Source: Sporopachydermia quercuum (taxonomy: Eukaryota). From it: a stretch of DNA of 64,000 nt. The notes under the pieces were generated by a model. The model saw nothing but the letters and a program-made list of their open reading frames with translations. It had not been told where the DNA came from and searched no databases. The translations under genes and the position numbers were made by a program. Each line of letters opens with the position of its first letter. Within the stretch, counting starts at the first letter, position 1. The DNA lies in the NCBI GenBank assembly GCA_001599295.1, contig BCGN01000004.1, forward strand, positions 624,138 through 688,137, written 5' to 3'. Below are positions 25,050 through 35,952 of this stretch, piece by piece.

Positions 25050-25862
25050 AAAGAAAAAGTGGAAGAAAGTGAATATTTAATGTTTTGGATGTTGTAGATC
25101 AAATTTCGGGAAGGTTAATGGAAACAATGGAATATCTTCAAGTGTAATTTATACTACAAGCATATAGGATATAGGTACATAATAAAAAAGAAAATCGGCA
25201 ATCAATCATTTTCAACAATACATCATTTACGTACCTTTGATGAGATATGAATAGAATGTAAGTACAATAGATATGTTTATATACGTCGAGTGAAGTATTG
25301 AATATGACGCTATATTACCACAAAGAATATTCATCTGTATTTGTATGTGCTAGAAGTATTAACGCACTATATAGTTCCCTGGAAATATAGTATGATATAT
25401 AAATTTAATACCTTATAAACACACCATACGAATATAATTAGACGTTTCAATACAAGTTCCAAGAACAGTGAAACATTTGAAACAAATTTACAATTAATAA
25501 CATGTTTGTTCAGTACACAGCAAATAATGATGTAATCAAAAGAAATAATTTTAATAGGCGAAAAACATAACTTTAGAAAATGAAATAATTACCATCAAAT
25601 GAACAAGAAGTGTTGAGACAAAAAATTGAGCAGGACCAAAAGGTGTAAACAGAGCAAAAAAAAAAAAGAGTAAATGAAACAAAATATAATAAATAACCAA
25701 TCAACCAACCAGATGATCGAACGACAGTTGAAGTATCAATCAAGCTGAGCATATAGCACTTGAGTGCATTATGTGACATTCAATCTGGAGAGTAATAGCT
25801 ATGAAGTATACAATACATATATGATGATATTCATCAACTTTTAATTATCTAGTGAAATGCAA

Positions 25863-27985
25863 TCACCAGAATACTTCATCATCTTTGGGCTCAGATTCCA
25901 CAATATCATCCATATGTTGGTAATTGTCACCGCTTGGAACTTCATCATTTTGAGGAGGTGGAGGAGGCGGAGGAGGTAAAGGTGAACCTTTAACACCAGC
26001 ACGCTCACCACTAGGGGATGGTGATCTTGAATAGGAGTATGATCTGACTCTTCCCTTACGGTTATTTCTTTGTCTATTTTCAGAACCACTTCCATATCCA
26101 CCAGGAGATCTTGAACTTCTTCTAGGAGATCTTGATCTGTTTCTTCTTCTTCTTGAGTTTTGTTTAGGCTTGAAGCTATCTTTGCGGTTATTATATCGCC
26201 CACCTTGAGATGCATTACCAACACCGCGCCAATCTTTATCTTCATGAACATTAATTTTAACACCTCTAAACTCAGCATCTTTTAGTTTGCCTAATGCTTC
26301 ATCTAAATCTTCTCTTGTTGTGAACTCAATAGTACCAGCACCATGCAAATCGTAAGGGAAATCAGTATAAGCCANTGTGATCTGAGCATCACGGCAAAAA
26401 TCTTTCAATTCTTGCCATGTAGAGTTTGGTGGAATTCCCTCAAGTATCACTCTATATTTTCCTCTCGTATAACCAGGGGCTGACGATTTAGTATCTCTTC
26501 TAGGTCTTGGTGAAGCAGATCGAGATCTAGATGGCGATCTCGAATTCGATACAGATCTTCTACGGCTATAACGGGTACGAGACCTAGACCTTGAAGGTGA
26601 TCTTGAAGGTGATCTTGATCTTGAAGATGCTCTATGCCTTCTATCTTTACCTCTTCGATATCGGGTATCGTCTCTATCGCGAGATCTTGACCTATCTCTT
26701 CCTGATCTTCTAGAACGGTCATTTCTGCCATCACGAGCGCCCCGACGATCCCGGCGAGAATCTCTTGAGCCTCCTTTGCCACCTTCATAATTAGACTTAG
26801 CAAACTCAACAGTCAAATGACGACGATGGTACTCTTTACCACCTTTAATGTTACTATGTTAGTACATGAGAAGCAACAATAAAACAGTAACACACCCTTA
26901 TGAATTTAGAACCGAACGAATCAAAATATTAATACATACTAACATCTCTGATAGCATCTCTTGCTTGTTCATCATCTGCAAACTCAACAAAACCCTGGTG
27001 ATTTGGTTAGCAAGAACAATTGAATATATAAAAAATACTATACTATTGATCAAATAGAACGTATGGGCGCAACTGAAAACATCGCATAGCATTACCCACA
27101 AAACAACATACATATCCATTTTTAACTTTCACATCTACCAATTCACCAAAAGATTCAAATAGCTCTTGCAAATCATTTCGGCTAGCTTTCTCGTAGGCAC
27201 CAGTTAGTTACTAAGCTTCAAGGATAAGGATAAAGAACAGCCACGCAACATAGCAAAACAAAAATAATCAGGTAAAAAGAGTAGAAACCACCCACCAACA
27301 GCTATTGTCATTCAACAATATCACCCAACTTATCCAATATCCAATAACCATCCAGTATCATTCTCATCACAGCTTTCACTTCAATCATATACAACAGAGC
27401 TACTAAACGCCATTCATTCCTATCAAGTGTCCCAGATGAAGTCTCCAGACAAGTGCCAATAACATATCACGTAATCTAATAATATATCGAGGCTTATGTT
27501 AGACACAATATCATCAACATTAACCTAAAACAATGGGCACAAATCACAACGATCTTGAGGAGTCAATAACAATGACATGTTTATTGATATCAACGGAACA
27601 ATTCTCAAGTTGAAGAAGGAACAATAATATCAGGCATGTTATGTCCGCTCGATTTGTGAGTAGTAGTTCGAGTCACGAGGCAACATAACAGAAACTAGTA
27701 GCAGTTTGTCTGTTGTAGAATTGAAACTTCCACCGGATGAAAATGTTAACTGTAGCAGTCAATAGCAAATAAGAGTAAATGAGTTCTTGATATAGTGTTC
27801 GAAGCAAGTAAGAAGAAAAAACAACGGTATAAAGAGCAAATAGCATTAAATAGCAAATAGCAAGTAGCAAATAGCGAATAGCAAAAGCAAACAGTTTACA
27901 CACCATCATAAGGAAGCGGTCGAACGAAAAGCTTCACAGGCCTTTTGCCTGAACTATTATTATTATTATCACCATTCTCAGACAT
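25863..27985 (-). CDS. NPL3: Npl3/SR-family RNA-binding protein (RRM, RS linker, pseudo-RRM, RS tail); exons 27985-27904, 27185-27112, 26994-26940 and 26842-25863, 396 aa
   Basis: The spliced RRM1 reads KLFVRPLPYDASRNDLQELFESFGELVDVKVKNGYGFVEFADDEQARDAIRDVSGKEYHRRHLTVEFAK. RRM2 carries STWQELKD, the SWQDLKD signature. All exon phases are consistent. The gene is divergent from CYM1, as in S. cerevisiae. Confidence 0.88.
27834..27890. repeat. Imperfect TAGCAAA (TTTGCTA) heptamer tandem repeat, about 8 copies, at the 5' end of NPL3 intron 1
   Basis: gagcaaa tagcattaaa tagcaaa tagcaag tagcaaa tagcgaa tagcaaa agcaaa. Confidence 0.75.
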
Positions 27986-29115
27986 GATTTTTTTTTTTGA
28001 CAAACAGTTCAATTCTCAATTATCTCTTCGTTTAGTATGTGAACAGTCAATCACGACCACTGAAATTCTCTTCTACTAAATTGTAGAAAATCAATAGTCA
28101 ATCTAAGTAGACTCCTAGAGTAAAGTCATCTAATAATCTACTACCACCAAGTGTTGATTGAACTGGTACCTTTTCTCTATGTAATTAAGATAATGCAACC
28201 AAGTGAAAACAACTCCTTCTTTTTTCCCGCTGTCAGACAAATAAATATGGCTCAGATTCTTGATCGGTATAAGATTATAAGATTACTCTTCTATTTTATT
28301 TCCGCATGCTTTTCACACTTGAATCATTCAGTACTCAGAAGAGAGGAGCAGGAAGTGGCTTTTTCTGTTGTATTGAGGTGCTTCTCAGAACATGTGAATT
28401 TATGGGTACCCCATGTAGTGCAGTGTCATGCATGATTACACACCACGGTAAAGCGAGCGGGGTAGTCAAAAGAGTCGAGAGTTCAACATATTGCTGTTGA
28501 AGGTTGCATGAGTTTCGCAGGTTGAAAACTACTCTCTTTTAATAGATCATGTATCGAGAGAATTATTTCACAATTGGAAAAGGAAGAGAGGATTTTGCAT
28601 TGAAATTACTTGAAGGAAATTTATGGTGAATTGAACTGAAAATGCAGCTGTAGCAGTGTTTCAATAGCGAAACTCCATTCCTTCAATCGTCATTCTACAC
28701 AAATGAACTGTGACAACCACAAAGTCATTAATAATTCAAATACACTTATCTCTTAGAAAATCACTATTATTAACCTATATAGCTATTTATCCACTTTCCT
28801 CTCCTCAATACTATAACAATCTCATTGACCATAGTAGCTTCATTATCAACCTATTCTTGAATACGTGATCACAAATATATTATTAATTTACTCATCTTCT
28901 ATAACCCCCCACAAATATTTCTCTTTCGAGATATACTACTCTGTGCGATTTTGCATATTTTTCAGTTTCGACTTCAAAACCAGTTGAATAATGATGGCAA
29001 AGAACAAAATCAAATATCTGTCAATTAACGATATAGGAGAGATCCCATGCTCAAACCTTAGACAGAAGTTCGCCTAGATACACTCTGAGAAAGCAGCAAT
29101 CAATCTTGTATCAAG

Positions 29116-32100
29116 ATGGGCTATTCACGTGTTGCTATGCTGAACGCTAAAGTTCCAGTGAGGACTTTAGCCACTCAAGCTTCAACAGGTACACCGAAAC
29201 CAGGCTCAACAAACCAATACTCGTTTCCATTATACGCATCGAAGGCATCCAAGTATAAACCAGGAAGACAAATTGGCAATTATGAGGTTACGAGATCTCT
29301 TGATATCCCTACATTCTCTTTGACTGCTGTGGAATTGAAGCATAACATAACTGGATCCCGTCATCTTCATATTGATAGAGATGACCGTAATAACGTATTT
29401 TCTATTGCATTCAAGACGAATCCCCCAGACAATACAGGCGTACCACATATTCTTGAACATACAACACTTTGCGGCTCGGAGAAATATCCCGTAAGAGACC
29501 CTTTCTTTAAAATGTTGAATCGATCATTAGCTAACTTTATGAATGCTATGACCGGGCATGATTATACCTTTTTTCCGTTTGCTACTACCAATTCAAAGGA
29601 TTTCAATAATCTACGTGATGTTTATTTAGATGCAACTTTGAATCCATTATTGAAAGAGGATGATTTTTATCAAGAAGGCTGGAGATTGGAAAATGAAATA
29701 ACTGAGGATGTAAACACACCTATTACTTTTAAAGGTGTAGTATACAATGAAATGAAAGGTCAAATGTCCAGTGCTGCTTATTTGTTTTACATCCGTTTCC
29801 AAGAATCAATTTATCCTTCATTGAATAATTCTGGTGGTGATCCTCAACATATCACCGATTTAACTTATCCTGATCTAGTGGACTTCCAAAGTGCAAACTA
29901 CCATCCATCCAATTCGTACGTTTTCACTTATGGTGATATACCTGTTCAAGAGCACTTGATGGCTTTAGAAAAATCATTTTCAACGTTTGGTAAGCGTGGA
30001 TCAAGCTATGGAAGATCAGAACTAGTCAAAAAGCCTATTTCTTTGAATGACCAAGATGAAAGAATTGTTGCCAAAGGCCCAGTTGATCCAATGGCTGACC
30101 CTGAAAGACAGCTCAAATTTTCCTTATCGTGGTTCACTGGCAACCCTACCGATATTTATGAAACATTTGTATTGAAGGTGATCTCATCGTTATTACTTGA
30201 TGGACATTCTAGTCCTTTATATCAAGACTTGATTGACACAGGAATTGGAAATGATTTCTCTGTTAATACAGGTTTAGAAACATTGACTGCTGCCAATATT
30301 TTCACTGTTGGTTTACAAGGGGTGACTAATGATGGTTTATCAGCTGCTGAGAACGCCATTTTAAATACTATTAACAACGTAGTAAAAACGGGAAGAGGTT
30401 TAGATAAATCAAAAATAGATGCTATAATTCATCAAATGGAACTGAGTAAGAAAGACCAAACATCTCAATTTGGTCTGAGTATGCTTTATGGTATTGTTCC
30501 GGGCTGGGTAAATAATATAGATCCTCTAGGAATGCTGAGATTTGACGAAATGATCAGTAAGTTCAAATCTGATCTAGAAGCAAATGAATCATACTTGCAA
30601 TCTGTCATCAAGAAGCATTTAATCAATAAACCGAAAGTTGTGTTTTCTATGATTCCTGATGAAGCATACGATGAAGTCTTGAGAGAGAATGAGAAGAAAC
30701 GATTAGAAGATAAAACAGAAGACTTATCACCAGAAGATAAAAAAATCATATACGAAAGAGGCTTGTCATTATTGGAGAAGCAGAAAGCACCTGAAGATCT
30801 TTCATGTTTACCTACTCTTCAAACTTGGGATATTCCCGTTGATGGTGAAAAAACCAAACTAGAGTTCACGGAAATTAAAGTCCCAAAGAGCAACAATTCT
30901 TTCAGCCTGCAAGAAAGATTAACCGAAACCAATGGACTGACTTATTTCCGTGCTTTAAAGTCTTTGGATTCTATTCCAAGAGATTTAGTACCCTACTTGC
31001 CATTATTCACTGATTGTATAACCAACATTGGAACAGCTACTCAAACAATGGCAGAGTTAGAGGATCAAATTAAACTGAAAACAGGTTCTTTAACAGCTAG
31101 CGTTAATGTTAGACCGTCTCCTGATGATGTAAATGACGTTCACTTGCAGTTCCAAATTGGAGGTATGGCTCTAGATAAGAATGTAACTGAAATGTTCAAT
31201 ATTTGGAACACATTAATCACTGGATTGGATTTTGATGTTAATAGGGAGAAAATATTCACATTAATAAAAGGATATGTTGCTCAGAATTTTAGCTCATTAG
31301 CTGAATCAGGTCATACATATGCTAGATCAGCTGCTGGAACATTTACACCTGTTGGTAGAATAAAGGAATCTCTAGGAGGTATTGAACAAGTTAACATCAT
31401 TAATGAAATGAATACTACTCTCACATCTGGTGGTGATACCGTCATCAATACAGAAATTATAAGCAAATTAAAACAACTGCAATCAATCATTTTGGCTAAG
31501 TTTACGGAAGAGAATCTTAAATTCTTTATAACTTGCTCTCCTAGCAGTAAGGACAAGAATGAAGAGGAACTAACTAATTTCATCACTAAACTATCCACTG
31601 AGCTTCCTGAACCTCAAGCAAAAGAATTGTTACCGTTACAATCAGTTTCTGAGATTCAAGCTAATCCCTTTGGCAACAATACGTTGGTTCAATTACCTTT
31701 CCAAGTGTCATATGTTGCTCAATCTTATTTAGGTGTTCCTTATACTCATGAAGATGGTCCAGCTTTGCAAGTTCTTGCTACACTGTTAACTTTTAAGTAT
31801 TTACACCCTGAGATTCGTGAAAAAGGTGGTGCTTATGGCGGTGGTGCTACATATAGTGGTGCTGAAGGAATCTTCTCGTTTTACTCTTATAGAGATCCCA
31901 ATGCAAGCAGATCTATTAAGGTTATTGCTGCTGCAGCTAAGTTTGCAATGGAGCGTGAATGGACCGAGGAAGAGTTGAGAGAAGCTAAATTGACTATTTT
32001 CCAGGGTATTGACTCTCCAACAAGCGTTAGAAGTGAAGGTGTGATTATGTTTGTTGATGGAATAACTGATGAAATGAGACAATTACGTAGAGAAAGATTA

Positions 32101-32259
32101 TTAGATATTACAGTTGATGACGTGAAGAGAGTGGCTGAAAAGTATCTGTTGACTGATAATAAGAATACGGTTGTGGTTGGTCCTCAACTCGATACTGAGA
32201 ATGCGGATGATAACTGGACAGTGACTGAGCTCCGTAGCATGCCGGATGTTCCCATGTAA
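29116..32259 (+). CDS. CYM1: Mitochondrial presequence protease (M16C, PreP)
   Basis: Inverted zincin HILEHTTLCGSEKYPVRDPFFKML, the motif EIREKGGAYGGGA, and an N-terminal presequence; 1047 aa. Confidence 0.96.
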   Translation: MGYSRVAMLNAKVPVRTLATQASTGTPKPGSTNQYSFPLYASKASKYKPGRQIGNYEVTRSLDIPTFSLTAVELKHNITGSRHLHIDRDDRNNVFSIAFKTNPPDNTGVPHILEHTTLCGSEKYPVRDPFFKMLNRSLANFMNAMTGHDYTFFPFATTNSKDFNNLRDVYLDATLNPLLKEDDFYQEGWRLENEITEDVNTPITFKGVVYNEMKGQMSSAAYLFYIRFQESIYPSLNNSGGDPQHITDLTYPDLVDFQSANYHPSNSYVFTYGDIPVQEHLMALEKSFSTFGKRGSSYGRSELVKKPISLNDQDERIVAKGPVDPMADPERQLKFSLSWFTGNPTDIYETFVLKVISSLLLDGHSSPLYQDLIDTGIGNDFSVNTGLETLTAANIFTVGLQGVTNDGLSAAENAILNTINNVVKTGRGLDKSKIDAIIHQMELSKKDQTSQFGLSMLYGIVPGWVNNIDPLGMLRFDEMISKFKSDLEANESYLQSVIKKHLINKPKVVFSMIPDEAYDEVLRENEKKRLEDKTEDLSPEDKKIIYERGLSLLEKQKAPEDLSCLPTLQTWDIPVDGEKTKLEFTEIKVPKSNNSFSLQERLTETNGLTYFRALKSLDSIPRDLVPYLPLFTDCITNIGTATQTMAELEDQIKLKTGSLTASVNVRPSPDDVNDVHLQFQIGGMALDKNVTEMFNIWNTLITGLDFDVNREKIFTLIKGYVAQNFSSLAESGHTYARSAAGTFTPVGRIKESLGGIEQVNIINEMNTTLTSGGDTVINTEIISKLKQLQSIILAKFTEENLKFFITCSPSSKDKNEEELTNFITKLSTELPEPQAKELLPLQSVSEIQANPFGNNTLVQLPFQVSYVAQSYLGVPYTHEDGPALQVLATLLTFKYLHPEIREKGGAYGGGATYSGAEGIFSFYSYRDPNASRSIKVIAAAAKFAMEREWTEEELREAKLTIFQGIDSPTSVRSEGVIMFVDGITDEMRQLRRERLLDITVDDVKRVAEKYLLTDNKNTVVVGPQLDTENADDNWTVTELRSMPDVPM

Positions 32260-32972
32260 ATAAATTTGTATATAATTGTGTTACCTTTTCATAGTCAAAG
32301 TTTTGATTAAGATTCAAGTGATAGTTCGTAAAGTAACAACTCTTCGTAATACTATAAAGACTCGTATTCTAAATTTCGATATGGATAGGATAAGAGGATG
32401 CAATCACTGGTTAAAGGACGATCAGTGTGTCCCTCATCAAAGCAAACTCTATGAGCACTCAAGCCAAATCAACAATGATTGAAACATGGGTTTCCATCGG
32501 TACAACCGTTCTTTTCCCTTCTTCCCTTTTATCTACCCACTATTCACTATTAATCATTACTCATCACACATCACACGCTGTTCATTGCTTTTCTCATAGT
32601 TAGCAACATCTTTTAAGGTTTCTTAAACCCTATGCAAGATACTGCAAAGTCTAATACCTAATTTATATTTCTATTATATAAGATCACATAATCAGAAACA
32701 TGAAAGGAATATCTCCTGTAAACCCCGTTCTATTTTCTCTCCAAAATTCATCCTTTTCACTTTCTAAACTTGAACTCTGCTATACATTATAATCAACACT
32801 AAGTTTCAATTTGTGATAGATCCGATTGTATTGATCATTCGTAAGGATTTATGGTGTAGGTTCCTAAGACTTATCTTTTAATTTTAGATCTTAATAACAA
32901 GTGAATTGATTGCATTGGATTCATTGCAATTTAGTTATTTCATTGTATATCACTGTATAGCCAACATCAAGA

Positions 32973-34252
32973 ATGTCTACAATTGATGAGATTCCTACTG
33001 TTCTTGCCACATTGCGTATGGAGGCAGATCCAGAACTAGCTGGCACCTTTTACGAACTAGAAGATTTATATGAAAGAAAGTAAGTGTTATCAATATTACC
33101 GATATTATGTTTTCTTGATATTATTTGATTTGATTTGATACGGAAATCTGCTTTGTTTTAGTTTGACTCCATGTCTTGATAGTCACTAACTAACACCACT
33201 AATCTAGGTTATGGCATCAAATTACCATTGCGTTAACACAATTCTTCAATGACAACAAATCATCAGGCCTAAGGCTAAGAATGTACCAAAGGTTTGTTTT
33301 GGCATTCCAGAAGAAAATTAATCAATTGAAATACTTAACATTTTCTTTGTACGGAATCCAAGAAACATCCAACGCCGATGATGCTTTAGAGATACTAGAA
33401 GATGCTGCTAAAAGAGTTAAAAATGAAGGAGCAAATGATGCATACATATTTGCAAGGTTAGAAATCTCAAAATTGAAATTGAAATTAAAGAAAATTGATG
33501 AAGCCAAAGAAATCTTGCAACAATGCAGAAAGAGTATTGATGATTTTGAATCGTTAGATAATCTTATCAACGCAGCCTATTATTCAGCCAACTCACAACT
33601 GAATGAAATTGAACTCGACTATACTAATTTCTACCGAAACTCTTTGTTATACTTAGCATGCATTGATGTCAATTCACTATCAGAAATCGAAAAGCAAAAA
33701 CTAGCTTATGATATAAGCATTGCAGCACTATTGGGTAATAAAATTTATAATTTTGGAGAATTATTGGTTCATACAGTATTGGATTCATTAGTCAATACTG
33801 AATATGCTTGGATTAGAGATGTTTTATTCGCTCTCAATTCAGGAAATATCAATGCTTTTGAAAAACTATCATCAAACTTCTCCAGAGTTCCTTTACTCCA
33901 AGCTCAAGAACCTTTTTTGAGACAGAAGATCTGTTTAACCAGTTTATGTGAACTTGTTTTCCAAAAGCCACCTAGTGGAAGAGTGTTGACTTTCAGCGAA
34001 ATTGCTCGAGAGACTCACTTAAATGAAGAAGAAGTTGAGCATTTGATTATGAGAGCGTTTTCTATTGGCTTGATCAAAGGCCTTATTGATGAAGTGAATC
34101 AAACCGTTTCAATAACATGGTTGCAACCAAGAGTAATGAATGTTGAACAAATCAAGAGTATGCGTGATCAATTGGACACATGGAATCAAAATGTCAAGAA
34201 TCTTGGCGAGTTCATTGAATCAAGTGGTAAAGATATATGGATTACTACATAG
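32973..34252 (+). CDS. RPN9: 26S proteasome lid subunit Rpn9; exons 32973-33079 and 33208-34252
   Basis: The intron GTAAGT...CACTAAC...TAG restores YERKLWHQIT. PCI domain with IYNFGELL and ITWLQPRV. Confidence 0.95.
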
Positions 34253-34550
34253 ATGGCTTTATCACAAAAGGCTGAATACATCCAACATTATAAACTAATA
34301 AAATAATGAACTTTCATATAATTATCACGCTACTTGGTCTTTGACTGTTTATTTATAAACGTCATATGTAAAAATATATGTACTTTTATTAATCATCTTT
34401 TCATTACCTTTGTCATCAGAATCGTTAATTTTATAAAATACTATGAGTAATAATCAAAATTGAAGATGGATATGACATTCCGTGCAAAAAGTCTCCCTCC
34501 AAATATATATAATCTTCCTTGATGCATTTGTAAAAGGGTGCCATATCTAC

Positions 34551-35330
34551 TTAATTCTTTATCATATCAGTTATAATATCAATCAATTTGGGTGAAGCAT
34601 ACGATTCATCATGTTTCCCAAGACTTGCACCTATCAATGTATAAGGTATCTTCTGCTTTTTGAACACGTTCTGAAGAACACCAACTTGACCAAACGCTAA
34701 TAGTTCGTCTTCAAAGCTCTGAACTATTCGAATTTCATCAACAACAATAGAAAATTTATGCAAACCACTAGCAGGACTAGCGTTCTTCCAAACTGTTTCA
34801 TCATCACCAAAAGCTTCTACAACAAAATCCTTATAATCAGGATACTCTTGTACCAACGATGATAAATCATAGATTCCTTCCAATAAAACCACTTTCTTAA
34901 TGTCAACATTGAGCTTTACCTTTTCCTCAGCCTCACCAATAATATTATCCTGACAACCTGATAGAATTCCCAATATTTGAAGCGCTATGAATGCACCAGC
35001 CGAATGGCCAACTAATATCACTTCCTTAATACCCTTATTGACTAAACTATTCAACCCTGATATAACGTCCTTCAAATGATCTGGATGTTTAACTGAAGGT
35101 GACAACCTGTAATTTATACTAACGAACTGCCATGACCCTGCAAGGTCTTTCTGTAAAAAACTTCCAAACAACTCATTTGCATCTTCTCCTGTATGCCTAG
35201 GATCTCTCCATGCGCCACCATGAATAAACACTATAGCCTTATTATGTACCTTTGATAACGAACCTTTTCTTTGATATAAAGTGTACGTTTGATAATCAAG
35301 GGATCCATAATTCTCAATAATTTTCCACAT
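34551..35330 (-). CDS. BNA7: Kynurenine formamidase (alpha/beta hydrolase)
   Basis: FIHGGAWRDP, INYRLSP and GHSAG motifs. Convergent with RPN9, as in S. cerevisiae. Confidence 0.9.
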   Translation of the reverse strand: MWKIIENYGSLDYQTYTLYQRKGSLSKVHNKAIVFIHGGAWRDPRHTGEDANELFGSFLQKDLAGSWQFVSINYRLSPSVKHPDHLKDVISGLNSLVNKGIKEVILVGHSAGAFIALQILGILSGCQDNIIGEAEEKVKLNVDIKKVVLLEGIYDLSSLVQEYPDYKDFVVEAFGDDETVWKNASPASGLHKFSIVVDEIRIVQSFEDELLAFGQVGVLQNVFKKQKIPYTLIGASLGKHDESYASPKLIDIITDMIKN

Positions 35331-35952
35331 TTTGTTTAGAATGAATGACCAAAACAAATAGAATACGGTAGTTTGACCTTATAAAAGATGCAGTAGAAGC
35401 TAGATCTCTGTATAATTATATGGATTCCGTGTAATGATGGCTAGCTAATGATAAGTTGATAAGTTAATGCTATAGGAATAATAATACCATTTGGTCAAGC
35501 AATCAGGCGACCATGGATATAGTACACTTCTGAATCTAAGCCTTTCACTATTAATTGGGCTAACTACCAATAAGTTCCAATCCAAGTTCTTTTTTGATTG
35601 ATTGTTCTTTAATTGTTCTTTCTTTCTTTAATAACTCTCAACGTTGAAAATGGAAGAGGCAGGGCGAGAAGTAAAGAAGAACAGCAGCAGTTTTGACTAA
35701 AATCTGGGGAAATAAGAAGAAAGATGATCTCCAAGAAACCACCACATATCGGAGATAATAGAAACTATGATAATTTCCGAAATAATTACAGACCGGAGAT
35801 TATAGAGTTAGCATTAGGGAAAATATGTCAGACTATTCAAATAATCAGTGATTATTCTAAATATTAATTTAAGCCGTTCAAAATGAACCTATATACTTTC
35901 TATACTTATATACTTCAGCCTCTAGTTTCCCTCGTTTTCCGATAAATCTTGG

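Noticed and set aside
25841..26809. Long alternative-frame and antisense ORFs overlapping NPL3 and other genes
   Set aside because: These are shadows of low-complexity or codon-biased CDS and have no independent protein features.
22769..32694. Shared 12-mer ATCACATAATCA upstream of UBX2 and RPN9, and TACGTGATCAC at 9640 and 28862
   Set aside because: Many shared AT-rich 11-12-mers are expected by chance in 64 kb. A genome-wide enrichment test would be needed.
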